From Meiothermus sp. (GTDB lineage: Bacteria > Deinococcota > Deinococci > Deinococcales > Thermaceae), in the NCBI GenBank assembly GCA_033762915.1, contig JANRLD010000115.1, forward strand, positions 64,001-128,000: a DNA stretch of 64,000 nucleotides, read 5' to 3'. The first letter of the stretch is position 1; each line of letters starts with the position of its first letter. The notes below the pieces were generated by a model, which was given only the letters and a program-made list of their open reading frames with translations, had not been told where the DNA came from and ran no database searches. The position numbers and the translations under genes are program-made. Below are positions 19,121 through 29,677 of this stretch, piece by piece.

Positions 19121-21469
19121 ATGTCATTAAGACGAACTCCGTTACTTCTCGCCTCGGCCCTGCTGCTACTGGCGGCTTGCGGGCCGACCGGGACCAGCAC
19201 CGGCGAGCTCGAGGTCAAGCTGACCGCCACCGGTATTAGTCCAGCCCCCAGCGTCACCGTGACCGGACCCGGCGGCTTCTCGGACACCGTGAGCGGCGTC
19301 GGCAAGACCTTCCCCAGTGTCGCGCTGGGCACCTACACCGTCACCGCCGAGGACAAGGCCAGCTACAGCGTCACCATCAGCGACGACGGCAGCGCCGCCC
19401 TCAGCGCCCAGCAGGTCAGCGCCCAGGCCCAGACCAGGGACGTCGAGGTGGTGGCTGGGCAGCGCCGCACCGTGAGTGTGGTCTACTCGAGGTCGGCCAA
19501 CAGCTTGCAGGTCAACATCAACCTGCCTGCCGGCGTGACCATCCCCACGGGAACCACCCCGGTTCGCATCAGCGGCGGCACCCCATCCGTCAACCGCGAC
19601 CTCGCGGCCAGCCAACTGCTCACCGTTACCCTGGGCACCTACACCGCCACCGCCAGCAGCTTCACGGTGAGCGGCGTAACCTACAACGGAACCGTGACCG
19701 GCTCACCCGCCAACGTCACCGCCACCCAAACCACCACCCCCACCATCACCGTAACCTACTCTGCGGCTAGTGCAACCGTCTCGAGCAGCCTCTCCCCAGC
19801 ACTGGTAGCGGGCGAGTCCCTGACTCTGACCCTGCGCAACAGTGGCGGCACGGCTGTGGGCTCACCGGTTACGGTGAACGGCCCGGCCTCGAGCTACAGC
19901 TTCGCCAACGTACCTCCGGGCAGTTATACCGTCTCGGGTATCGGCTTCCGCGCCGGAACCTCGGTGGACACCGTACTGCAAGTGGCCTCCACCGCCGTGA
20001 CGGTACCTGGCACTGCGCCCGCCCTGAGCGTGGTGGCTCGAGGGCAGAGTGGTCGAATGATGTTGGCGGGCAACGGGGCGTTTGCGCCCGCAGACCTCAA
20101 CGCCTCATACAGCCTGACCGACGCCCAGCTGGTCACGGGCACTATCCCTGCGGGCACCAACTTCATTCCCGCCAGCGGGACCTCCACCGACAACATCTTC
20201 CGGGTAGCCTTCGACCGTGATGGCAACGCCTACGTGATCTACCAATTTGATGGGGCCGCGAACCGTGCCCGCATCGTCCGCATCGGCGAGGCCAATTTGC
20301 GCAGTGGCAACCTCACCCCCACCGCTGCCGGCAACATGACCATCGCCGAGTCGGCCATCGGCTCGAACAACAGCTCTGAGGTCGAGCCCGCTGACCTGGC
20401 CTTCGACGCCAGCGGCAACCTCTGGATCGCCAACGATCTGGGACGGGCCATCAGCTGCATCAGCGCCGCTGCCATGAGCACTGCCGCCGCCACCGGCGGG
20501 AGCGTGACCGCCGCCAACCAAGTCCTGACCCAGGCCGCAGGTCTGACCGGTGACCGGGCCAACACCTTCACGGCCATCCACACCCTGGCCTTCGACCGCA
20601 GCAACAACCTCTGGTTCGTATCTGACGGCTTTGTTGGTGGAACCAGCGGGGCAGGGGCGCGGCGGGCGCGGCTGTCTCGTGTTCCTGCTGCCGAGCTGAC
20701 CTGCACCGGCGGGACCGACCCCACCACCCCCGACATCCTGCTGGACTTCTCCAACGGCGCCGGCCCCGGCCTGCCGGTCATCAAGCCGGTGGCGATGGCC
20801 CTTGCACCCGACGGTAACTCCTTCTGGATCGCCGACTTCGGCGGCAGCTTCCAGAAGCGCACCTACACCCTGAGCACCACCGGAGGCGTGACCACCATCA
20901 CCGAGAACCCGGTCATCCGCAACTTCGACGCCGACCTCGCAGACGAGTCGGTGATCCGCGTCCGCATTGACAACGCGACCCCCTCGGCCACCCTGCAAAC
21001 CGTCACCATGGCGGATCGGATAACCACCGGGGGCATGCAGCAAGCTTTCGGCCTGGCCTTCGACAAGCAGAACCGCCTCTGGGTGGCCACCAACGGCAAC
21101 GTGGAGTTCAACACCGCCGCCGCCAGCGACATCGCCACCGGGGGCTCGACCCGCGTCCTGACCTTTAGCCCCAGCTTCAGCCTCACCATCAACACCGGCG
21201 GTAGCTGCACCCCGGCCAACGTGCCGCCCACTGGCACCACCACTGTGACCGAGACCGTGACCAGTTGCTTGCCCGCAGGTATCTCGACCACCAACCGGGG
21301 GCGGGCCTACGCCTTTGATGTCTCCGGCGCTCCCAGCCTTACCGCTGGCATTCCGCGCACCCTCACCCCTGCCGTCACCCTGACGGCCCCGGTGGACGGG
21401 GTGGGTTTCGTGGGAATAGCTTTCAACGCCCCGCCCGCCAACACTCCGGTGAACATCCGACCCCAGTAA
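19121..21469 (+). CDS. Surface lipoprotein, Ig-like repeats plus NHL-like beta-propeller (array paralog 3)
   Basis: SD GGAGG; lipobox LLAA-C; LGTYTV and PGSYTV repeats; AFDxxGN/NNLW blades. Confidence 0.85.
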   Translation: MSLRRTPLLLASALLLLAACGPTGTSTGELEVKLTATGISPAPSVTVTGPGGFSDTVSGVGKTFPSVALGTYTVTAEDKASYSVTISDDGSAALSAQQVSAQAQTRDVEVVAGQRRTVSVVYSRSANSLQVNINLPAGVTIPTGTTPVRISGGTPSVNRDLAASQLLTVTLGTYTATASSFTVSGVTYNGTVTGSPANVTATQTTTPTITVTYSAASATVSSSLSPALVAGESLTLTLRNSGGTAVGSPVTVNGPASSYSFANVPPGSYTVSGIGFRAGTSVDTVLQVASTAVTVPGTAPALSVVARGQSGRMMLAGNGAFAPADLNASYSLTDAQLVTGTIPAGTNFIPASGTSTDNIFRVAFDRDGNAYVIYQFDGAANRARIVRIGEANLRSGNLTPTAAGNMTIAESAIGSNNSSEVEPADLAFDASGNLWIANDLGRAISCISAAAMSTAAATGGSVTAANQVLTQAAGLTGDRANTFTAIHTLAFDRSNNLWFVSDGFVGGTSGAGARRARLSRVPAAELTCTGGTDPTTPDILLDFSNGAGPGLPVIKPVAMALAPDGNSFWIADFGGSFQKRTYTLSTTGGVTTITENPVIRNFDADLADESVIRVRIDNATPSATLQTVTMADRITTGGMQQAFGLAFDKQNRLWVATNGNVEFNTAAASDIATGGSTRVLTFSPSFSLTINTGGSCTPANVPPTGTTTVTETVTSCLPAGISTTNRGRAYAFDVSGAPSLTAGIPRTLTPAVTLTAPVDGVGFVGIAFNAPPANTPVNIRPQ

Positions 21470-21488
21470 GCAAATTCTGATCCTTTGG

Positions 21489-21513
21489 CCCCCCGAAACC
21501 GGGGGGCTCTTTT
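21489..21513 (+). terminator. Intrinsic terminator after paralog 3
   Basis: CCCCCCG-AAAC-CGGGGGG-CTCTTTT. Confidence 0.6.
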
Positions 21514-21691
21514 ACTCGAGCCCGCTACAAAACCTGTTACCTCAAGGTTGTGCACCTCGAGGCCGTAACCTGGGGTTGTTACGAGCGGGCAGATTCCTTC
21601 TCAGGGACATTGTATCCTCGCGTAACGCTGCCCAAGCCGTGATTCCCTACGCTGAGGCCGAGGCAGACTCAGCCCGCTGGAGGGACGACCG

Positions 21692-24149
21692 ATGCGAATG
21701 AATGAAATTGGGATGACGGCACTGGCGGGCCTACTGCTGCTCACAGCCTGCGGGGGGGGGCGAGTCCAGACCGGTCGTGAGCACCGGAACCCTGGGACTG
21801 ACCCTCGAGATCTCCCCCCCAGTGCCCGGCTTCAACCCCAGCGTGGAGGTGCGCCGGGGCGGCAGCCTGATACGCACTGTCACCAATCTGGGGCGTACCG
21901 AGCTGGCCAGGCTCGAGGCCGGGACCTATACCATCAGCGCGGGCAGCCTACCCACCAACTACAAGGCCGCCCTCACCGTGGGCACCGACAACGTGACCAA
22001 CGCTCAGGTGGAGGTCAAGGCCGGGCAGACCCTCGAGGCCCGACTCTCCTTCGCGCAGGGCTTCGGCAGCCTGCGGGTAAGCGTCACCCCACCCGCCGGG
22101 GTGAGCGGCTTCACCCCGACGGTGCGGGTCAGGAACAGCACCGGGGCCACCGTGGCGACCCTGACCCAGACCGACACCATAGACAACCTCCCGCTGGGCA
22201 CCTACACCGTCGAGACCCCCAACGTGAGCGCGATGGGGGTACCTTGGGCGGCCAGCACCAGCGGCTCGCCGGCCAACGTCACCCTCTCCACGGTGCCCGA
22301 GATCGGGGTGAGCTACGCGGCCACCCGCTCCGCGATTACCGTGAACCTGACCGGCCTGGGGGCCACCGACCCCGCCAGCGTGACCCTCAGCCGCTCCGAC
22401 GGTACCGGGACCCCCGCCACCCAGAACCGAACCGGCAACGGGCCGGTAGTCTTCGGCGACCTGCCCTTTGGGGGCTACCTGGTGCGGGCCAGCAGCAACC
22501 GGGCCGGAACCTACATCGACTCAACGGTGGGGTTCGTTTCCTCCTCGCCCACCGTCACCGCCAGCACCGATCTCTCTACCGTCTTCCGCACCCTCGAGGC
22601 CCCCATGACCGCCCGCCCCCAGACCGGGCGGCTGTTCGTGGCGGGCAACGGCTCGATGAGCAACACCGGCTGGACGGTTGGACGTTTGAACACCCGGCCC
22701 TCCACCGCCACCCCGCCCGCCGCGACCCCCGAGCCCAACCCCTGCCTCACCACCGGCGGGGTGGGAACCTGCCCAGTAGTGGGCACCGACACCTCAATCG
22801 ACTCCGGCTTCTCCCTGGCCGACGGAGAGGTCCCAGGCTCCTCGAGCAACCTCCCCGCCTCATCGAGCCTCACCGACGCGGGCGAACTGAGCCCGGCAGG
22901 CCTCTACCGCATCGAGTTCGACCCCTCGGGCAACCTCTACGCGATCTATCAGTTCGCGCTGGCCTACTCCAGCACCCTTCCCCCGACCGTGCTGCCGCCG
23001 CCCCCGCTCTCTGGCAACCGCATCGTGCGGGTAACCCGGCAGAACCTCGAGGCCAGCCCGCCGGTCCTGACCGAGGGCGGCTCCAACCGGGTGATGTTCA
23101 ACGATTCCATCGGCAACGGGGCGCGCGGCTCCAACGTCACCGACATCGCCTTCGACGCGCAGGGCAATCTCTGGATGGCCAACCAGGCCGGCGACGCCAT
23201 AAGCTGCGTCTCCGCCTCACAGCTCAACGCCGCGGGGGCCTTCGGCTTGCCCGACAAGGTGATCGTGGGCAGCACCGCCGTGACCCCCTACCACCTGCAA
23301 AACCCACGGGCCATCGCGTTCGACGCCCAGGGCGACCTCTGGGTCGCCGGGGGTCGCCACGCGCCGCAGCTCACCAGCGCGGGCACCAACCTCGAGCCCT
23401 ACCTGGCCCGCATCTCCGACGACGCAACCCTGGCCTGCTCCGGCGGGCAGGTCACGGTCGCCCCGGACATCTACCTCAACATCAGCCTGACCACCAGTAC
23501 CAGCGGGGCCTTCTTCCAGCCCTGGGGGATGGCGATCCAGACCGCCGGGGGCCAGCAAGCGCTGTGGATCACCGACTACGGCGGCGGGGTGGACGTCTAC
23601 AACAGCACCACCATCCCCGCCTCGAGCCCCACCCGCTGGGTGCAGTGCCCCGGCGACGGACGCACGGCCCAGAGCAACGACGGCAGCATGGACGGCAACA
23701 TTACCCGAGAGAGCGTGATCAAGGTGCCGCTGAGCGGTGCCAACCTGACCGTCAGCTCAGCACTGCGCACGGCCGTGGTGACCAGCCGCCTGACCGTGGG
23801 GGCCGCCGACGACCCTACCACCACGAGCACGGACCGCGACCGGGGCCTGCAACAGGCCACCCACCTGGCCTTCGACAGCCGAGGCAACCTCTGGGTGGCC
23901 GCCAACAACCACACCGAGTTCGACCCGGCCAACCCCTGCTTCTCCACCTCAGGCTTTGATGTGCTGAATTTCGGCGCGGGGCCGCTTTCGAGGCTGCGCA
24001 CCGACCGCCGGGGCAAGCTCTACGTGATCGGGGCAGGTGAGCTGGGCGACCGGGGCTCCACCGCCCTCACCCACACCCCCATCACCCCCCTCCTGACCCT
24101 CAGCTCCCCGACCGCTGGCGTCGGGTTCAGCGGCATCGCCTTCCGCTAA
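21692..24149 (+). pseudogene. Array paralog 4, frameshifted at a G9 homopolymer (21752-21760): phase-variable OFF state, pseudogene or sequencing error
   Basis: Signal peptide and lipobox (LLTA-C) are in the 21692 frame; the mature Ig/propeller body is in the +1 frame (ORF 21777-24149); G8 gives ...LTACGGGESRPVVSTGTLGL. Confidence 0.8.
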
Positions 24150-24164
24150 GCTCCGCCGCCCCAC

Positions 24165-24197
24165 AGCCCTGCCTCCACGCAGTGGGGGTAGGGTTTT
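24165..24197 (+). terminator. Intrinsic terminator after paralog 4
   Basis: AGCCCTGCCTCCAC-GCA-GTGGGGGTAGGGTT-TT with G-U pairs. Confidence 0.5.
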
Positions 24198-24352
24198 CTC
24201 ATTACACTGTGCGTTACCGCGCCTCTAGGCCCGCGGCGGCGTTACGAGCAGAGGTTACGCCGTGGTATAAAAGCCTGTTTGCGGCGGCAATATCGGCATA
24301 ACGAGGCTGCGCTGCCGGGCTGTTACCCTGTGCATAGCCGGAGGTTGATTGC

Positions 24353-26596
24353 GTGTCGAATCCCCACAAACGTTCCCTCGCTACTATTGCGCTGCTGGCC
24401 CTGCTGGCGGCTTGTGGCAACCCTACCCCTGCCCCTGGAACCCTCGAGGTCATCCTTAACCTGAGCCAGGCCCCTGGCATAACCCCTGATGTACTGCTCA
24501 AAGGCCCCGACGGTAGCGAGAAGGTCATTACCGCCAGCCTTACCGATCCCCAGGCCAAGACGGGCGATTACAGCCTGGTGGTCAAAGATGTGACTGTGGG
24601 CGGCTACCTCAGCAAGGTTAGCGCCAGCGAGACCAGCTTCAAGCTCGAGCCGGGCGGCTCCAAGTCGGTTGATGTGAGCTACCAGACCTGGGGCAAGGCC
24701 AACCTGACCCTCGAGATGATCCCCACCCCTCCCAGCTTTAGCCCCACCCTAACCCTGACCAGGGGCGGGGTCAGCAAGAACCTGACCGCCTCCGGCGCGG
24801 TTGATCTCGAGCCGGGCACCTACGCCGTCACCGCCAGCGACGCGCCCGCCAACTACACCCGCACCCTCTCTACCACCTCGCTGGTTGTCACTGCTGGTCA
24901 GACCGCCAACCTGACCCTGCGCTTCGAGCGCAACAGCGGGATTGCCCTGGGTGCCACGGGTCTGCCCAATGGCGCGACCGTCTACGCCACCCCCACGGGT
25001 GGTGGAACCCCCATCACCGCGACCTACAACGGGGGAAACCTCAACCTCGTGGTTAGCACCCCCGGCACTTACAACTTAAGCGCAATCGTTTCGGGACAGA
25101 TTGTGGATAGCTTGTATGTGGTGGACTCCGGCAACCCTGTAACCGTGGTCGCCAACCAGCAAACCACCGCCAACCTGACCTTCCGCCAGCGGGCCGGGAC
25201 GGGCCGGATTTGGGTGGCGGGCAACGGTGGCTTTAGCAACGGCGGGCGCGGCTCTAATACTCTTCCAGAGCGCAACGCGGCTTACTCCATTGCCGACGGC
25301 AGCACCACTATGTCCCCCTTCATCAGCCCTAGCGCGGATCAGTCTGTCTGGCGCATCGCCTTTGACCGTGAAGGCAACATGTATGTGATGTACCAAGCTG
25401 GTAGCACCCTTAGCAACTCGGTGGTGCGGATCAGTGAGGCAAACCTGCGCCAGTTTGAGGCCAGCGGCGACCGCAGTTTCCTCAGTCCAACTCGGGTGGG
25501 GAACGCTCGGGTCTCGCAGGATGCATTTTGGTTGCCTAATGGCAGCCTATCCGGCGAGACTTTCGATGACCCGCCGCCGCCCACGTTCCGCATCGAGCCT
25601 GCCGATATGGCCTTCGACAACGCGGGCAACCTCTGGATCGTCAATGACTTCCAAGGCTCTATTGCCTGCGTCACGCGCTCACGGCTTGATACTGCCGCCG
25701 CGTCAGGCGGGGTGGTAGGACAGTTCGACCAGCTATTCGTAGGCGCGGGTACTAACGGCTACACCCCTGGCGGCGAGTTGCGTAACAGTGGCAGCCTCTT
25801 CCGGCCCTTCATGATTCCGCACAACGTCCAGTTCGACTTATCAGGCAATCTCTGGTTCACTTCGGGCGGCTACGGCGGCGATTCCTCGGGCAAGCGGGCG
25901 CTCCTAAGCCGGATCAACGCTAGTCGGGCCACCTGCGCGGGCGGGATCATCAACCTGAACGGTTCCGCCAACCAAGGGGTAGATATTAGCCTCGACATCA
26001 GCCTCGCGGACACCACCACGGCGGGTGAGTCAGGCGCCATCTATAAGCCGGTTGCGCTGGCGCTTGAGCCGGGCGGACAAGCTTTGTGGGTGGGGGACTA
26101 CGGTGGGGCCACCTTCAGAGGCGACCTCAGCGGCGGAGAGCGTGATGCTGATGCCCGCCCAGACAGTGCCTTCCGCGTCCCGCTGTCAGGCAGTAATGTC
26201 CTTCCGAACAACGTGAACAATGGCCTAAATGTTGCCCAGGTCAGCCATCGCGTTGTTGTACGCGACTGGGACGGCGGCGGCATCAACAAGGGCTCCCAGC
26301 AGGTATTCGGTTTAGCCTTCGACAGTCGAGGCTACCTTTGGATGGCGAGCAACAATAATGTCGAGGTGATGACTGGTGACAACCTCCCGCTTGCGCTGAC
26401 CGACCGGCTCGGCAAGCTCCTGCGAGTGCGGATATTCGAAGCCAACGGCAGCCTTAGAGCCGACCTAGCTGGGCGCAGTGGTGGCACAGCGGACGCAGAT
26501 CAGGTGATTAGCGTGCCGGGGGGAGATTTGGGCGTTGGGCTAATTGGAGTCGCTTTTAACACTCCCAACCCCTCGAGCCCAGCTTTTCTACGATAG
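24353..26596 (+). CDS. Surface lipoprotein, Ig-like repeats plus NHL-like beta-propeller (array paralog 5)
   Basis: SD GGAGGT; lipobox LLAA-C; PGTYAV and PGTYNL; DMAFDNAGNLW, LAFDSRGYLW; extended -10 TGGTATAAA at 24263. Confidence 0.85.
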   Translation: MSNPHKRSLATIALLALLAACGNPTPAPGTLEVILNLSQAPGITPDVLLKGPDGSEKVITASLTDPQAKTGDYSLVVKDVTVGGYLSKVSASETSFKLEPGGSKSVDVSYQTWGKANLTLEMIPTPPSFSPTLTLTRGGVSKNLTASGAVDLEPGTYAVTASDAPANYTRTLSTTSLVVTAGQTANLTLRFERNSGIALGATGLPNGATVYATPTGGGTPITATYNGGNLNLVVSTPGTYNLSAIVSGQIVDSLYVVDSGNPVTVVANQQTTANLTFRQRAGTGRIWVAGNGGFSNGGRGSNTLPERNAAYSIADGSTTMSPFISPSADQSVWRIAFDREGNMYVMYQAGSTLSNSVVRISEANLRQFEASGDRSFLSPTRVGNARVSQDAFWLPNGSLSGETFDDPPPPTFRIEPADMAFDNAGNLWIVNDFQGSIACVTRSRLDTAAASGGVVGQFDQLFVGAGTNGYTPGGELRNSGSLFRPFMIPHNVQFDLSGNLWFTSGGYGGDSSGKRALLSRINASRATCAGGIINLNGSANQGVDISLDISLADTTTAGESGAIYKPVALALEPGGQALWVGDYGGATFRGDLSGGERDADARPDSAFRVPLSGSNVLPNNVNNGLNVAQVSHRVVVRDWDGGGINKGSQQVFGLAFDSRGYLWMASNNNVEVMTGDNLPLALTDRLGKLLRVRIFEANGSLRADLAGRSGGTADADQVISVPGGDLGVGLIGVAFNTPNPSSPAFLR

Positions 26597-26662
26597 TCAC
26601 TTAGACCCTTGACCCCCCGGCCTCCCTCTCGTTTTCGATACATAGGACCGGGGGTGAGAGAA

Positions 26663-29056
26663 TCAAAGCTTTTGCCCGCCCAGTTTTTCCCTGGCCAGCG
26701 CCTCGAGCACCTGCGGGTTGGCCTGGCCCTTGGTCTCGCGCATCACCTGGCCCACGAAAAAGCCCAGCAGCCCGGTGCGCCCCAGCCGATAGGCTTCGAC
26801 CTTGTCGGGGTTGGCGGCCATCACGCCGTCCAGGAGGGCCTCGAGCTGCCCCGCGTCGCTGACCTGCCGCAGACCCTTACTGCGGACAATCTCGCCGGGC
26901 TGCTGCCCCGTCTGCTGGGCTTCGGCCAGCACTTCTTTGGCGATGCCGCGGCTGATCTCGCCCGACTGGACCAGCCTGAGCAGTTCGACCAGCTCGACAG
27001 CGGAGACCCTATTGCTCTCCTCACGCAACGCCGTACCCAAATCGTTCACCACCCAGCCCGCCGCCTCGGAGGCCGATAGCCCGGCCCCAACCGTCTGCTC
27101 GAGGTAATCCCCCAGCCTGGACTCTCGAGCCAGCACCGCCGCCTCAGCCTCGCCCACGCCCTTGGCCCGAAGCTGTTGGAAACGAGCCTGTTCTTCGGCG
27201 TCGAGGCTTGTGGGCTGCGGCCTATGGCCCGGGGCTTTTTCCGTCCCCTGTTCCCTGCGGCCCGCCGCCTTACTTCCTTCCTCCCTCTTCCCTCTTCCCT
27301 CTCTCCTCTCACCCTCTCCCCAGGAGTCCTTCAGCCCGATAATCCGGTTGAAGACCAGCGCACCGGGGCTCGAGTCGGCGTCCTGCCAGAAGTAGCCGCT
27401 GCGCTCGAACTGGTAGCGGGTGCCGTGGGGGTCTTGGGCCACGCTGGCCTCCACAAAACCGTGCACGATCTCAAGGCTTTTAGGGTTCACGAAGTCCATG
27501 AAGTCGTGCTCCTCGCCCTCCTCCTCGTCCTCAACTTCTTTGGCCTCGAGTTCGGGGTTGGGGACGGTGAAGAGTCGGTCGTAGAGGCGGAACTCGGCGG
27601 GGCGGTTGTGGGCCGCACTGACCCAGTGGATCACGCCCTTGGCCTTGGCCTCCTCACCCAGCAGGGTGCAGCGGAGTTCGACCACCTGCCCCGCGTCGTC
27701 GGTGGAGAAGCTGTCGCAGCGGATGATGCCCGCACTGCGCAGGCGCACCGTGCCGCCGGGGGTCAGGCGCTTGAAGCCGGGCGGGGGCTCGAGGGCGAAG
27801 TCTTCCTGCTCGATGAACAGCTCTTTGCTCAAGGGCACCTTGCGGGTGGCCTGCTCGGGCCTAACCCGCTCGCCGCCGGGCAGGGCCACCAGGCCGTCGG
27901 GCGAGTCCTTGACCACGTCGGGGGGCCAGTAGGGCAGCTCGAGTTCGCGCTCGGCCTCAAGGTTGACGAGCACCACCTTGAGCGGCCTCAGCACCGCCAT
28001 CACGCGGGGGGCGCGATGGTTGAGGTCGTCGCGGATAGCCCCCTCCAGGAGGGCGATATCGACGGTGCGATTGGTGCGCGAGACGCCAATCTGGCTGGCG
28101 AAACGGCGGATGGCCTCGGGGGTTACGCCGCGCCGACGCTGACCCGCCAGGGTGGGCATCCGGGGATCGTCCCAGCCGCTGACCTTGCCCTCGGCCACCA
28201 GGCGGCGCAGCTTGCGCTTGGAGACCACGGTGTACTCGAGGCTCCTGCGCCCGAACTCGTACTGGTGGGGGCGCGGACCCTCCCAGAGGTGTTCCATCAG
28301 CCAGTCGTAGATGGCCCGGTTATCCACGAACTCGAGGCTGCACAGGCTGTGGGTCACGCCGTCGAGGGCGTCGGTGGTGGCCTGGGCGAAGTCGTAGGAA
28401 GGGTAGACGCACCACTGGCTGCCCGTGCGGTAGTGCTCGGCGTGGACGATGCGGTAAAGCACCGGGTCGCGTAGCTTCATGTTGGGGCTGGACAGATCGA
28501 TCTTGGCCCGCAACACGTGCTCGCCGTTTTTAAACTCGCCGCTCTTCATGCGCTCGAACAGCTCGAGGTTCTCCGGCACGCTGCGCTCGCGGTAGGGGCT
28601 GGGGGTGCCGGGCCGGTCCACCGTGCCGCGCAGCCGGGCCATCTCCTCCGGCGGTACCGAGTCCACGTAGGCCAGCCCTTTCTCGATCAGGCGAACCGCA
28701 TAAGCGTAAAGCTGAAGGAAGTAGTCCGAGGCGTAGCTGGTGTCCTCTTGGGCCTGGGGGTTCGGGTTGGTCCAGCGCCAGCCCAACCAGCGCATGTCCT
28801 CGATCAGGGCGTTGGCGAACTCGAGCTTCTCGGCCTCGGGGTTGGTGTCATCCATCCGTAGCCGGAACTCGCCGCCATAGTCCTGCGAAAGCCCGAAGTT
28901 GAGGTAGGAGGCGAAGGTGTGGCCCAGGTGGGCGTAGCCGTTGGGCTCGGGCGGAAAGCGGGTCACCACCTTGGGGTAGCGGCCCGCCTCGAGGTCACGC
29001 TCGATAATCTCGGTGATGAAGTTGGGGGCGACGTACTTGGGCTTCTCGTGGCTCAT
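26663..29056 (-). CDS. glnS: Glutamine--tRNA ligase with C-terminal GatB/YqeY domain
   Basis: [37 protein letters not shown]-terminal [19 protein letters not shown]. Confidence 0.96.
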   Translation of the reverse strand: MSHEKPKYVAPNFITEIIERDLEAGRYPKVVTRFPPEPNGYAHLGHTFASYLNFGLSQDYGGEFRLRMDDTNPEAEKLEFANALIEDMRWLGWRWTNPNPQAQEDTSYASDYFLQLYAYAVRLIEKGLAYVDSVPPEEMARLRGTVDRPGTPSPYRERSVPENLELFERMKSGEFKNGEHVLRAKIDLSSPNMKLRDPVLYRIVHAEHYRTGSQWCVYPSYDFAQATTDALDGVTHSLCSLEFVDNRAIYDWLMEHLWEGPRPHQYEFGRRSLEYTVVSKRKLRRLVAEGKVSGWDDPRMPTLAGQRRRGVTPEAIRRFASQIGVSRTNRTVDIALLEGAIRDDLNHRAPRVMAVLRPLKVVLVNLEAERELELPYWPPDVVKDSPDGLVALPGGERVRPEQATRKVPLSKELFIEQEDFALEPPPGFKRLTPGGTVRLRSAGIIRCDSFSTDDAGQVVELRCTLLGEEAKAKGVIHWVSAAHNRPAEFRLYDRLFTVPNPELEAKEVEDEEEGEEHDFMDFVNPKSLEIVHGFVEASVAQDPHGTRYQFERSGYFWQDADSSPGALVFNRIIGLKDSWGEGERREGRGKREEGSKAAGRREQGTEKAPGHRPQPTSLDAEEQARFQQLRAKGVGEAEAAVLARESRLGDYLEQTVGAGLSASEAAGWVVNDLGTALREESNRVSAVELVELLRLVQSGEISRGIAKEVLAEAQQTGQQPGEIVRSKGLRQVSDAGQLEALLDGVMAANPDKVEAYRLGRTGLLGFFVGQVMRETKGQANPQVLEALAREKLGGQKL

Positions 29057-29403
29057 AACTCGCTCGGCGTGCCGTAGGCGGCAGTCCCGACCTCAAGAAT
29101 ACACTGGCAGGTGGGAAAAATTGAGGGATGGGTGTCGGGGAAAGGCGCCCCCCAGAGGTTGCGGGGCCGTTGGTGGCCCAGTGACTTTGTCTATTGGCTT
29201 GTGGCCCCTGCGCGCACTTGTCATGCCTAAGGTTGCCGACTCCGAGACTACAGTTTGCGGCGATGTGAAGTCCTCTGGACGGGGAAGGGTAGGACGAAGG
29301 CGCAAGCACCTGATCGTCCGGCAGAGGAAAAAGCGGATTACAAGGGCATTCGCTTGCGGCTCACACCCCCCACTCTAGCTCTCCCCCGCAAGGAGAGAGA
29401 CGA

Positions 29404-29498
29404 CTGAGAGCGGTGCGCACGCATACTCCCTACAGCAAAAATCGCTGTAGGGAGTACATTACCTGCCGCCGCGAGGGAGACGACTGGTGGGAAACGCC
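29404..29498 (+). repeat. Three-stem intergenic repeat, subtype B
   Basis: CTGAGAGCGG...ATACTCCCTACAGC-loop-GCTGTAGGGAGTACATTAC...GTGGGAAACGC; similar to 44842. Confidence 0.75.
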
Positions 29499-29677
29499 AT
29501 AGGGTTGCAGATGGTTTGCTTGTGGGTAGGCTGCCATATCGGGGGGCACGGTGCGAAGCTGGGAAATGTACAAGACCGGTGTGCGGGTGGCTTTATCGGG
29601 GGCGCTTTAGACTCCCCCGGGTTGATTTGTGACTTCCTCACCGCCCCGGCTTTCCCGTCAGGAGAATACTTCGTCAT

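Noticed and set aside
21761..23959. 755-aa ORF 21692-23959 as a real protein
   Set aside because: Beyond the lipobox it is an Arg/His/Pro-rich off-frame reading of paralog 4.
14551..26596. Diversity-generating retroelement or invertase shufflon acting on the lipoprotein array
   Set aside because: No reverse transcriptase, recombinase, near-identical template/variable repeat or inverted cassettes are visible in the window.
29057..29400. T-box riboswitch upstream of glnS
   Set aside because: No T-box consensus (GGTGGNACCGCG) was found on the minus strand.
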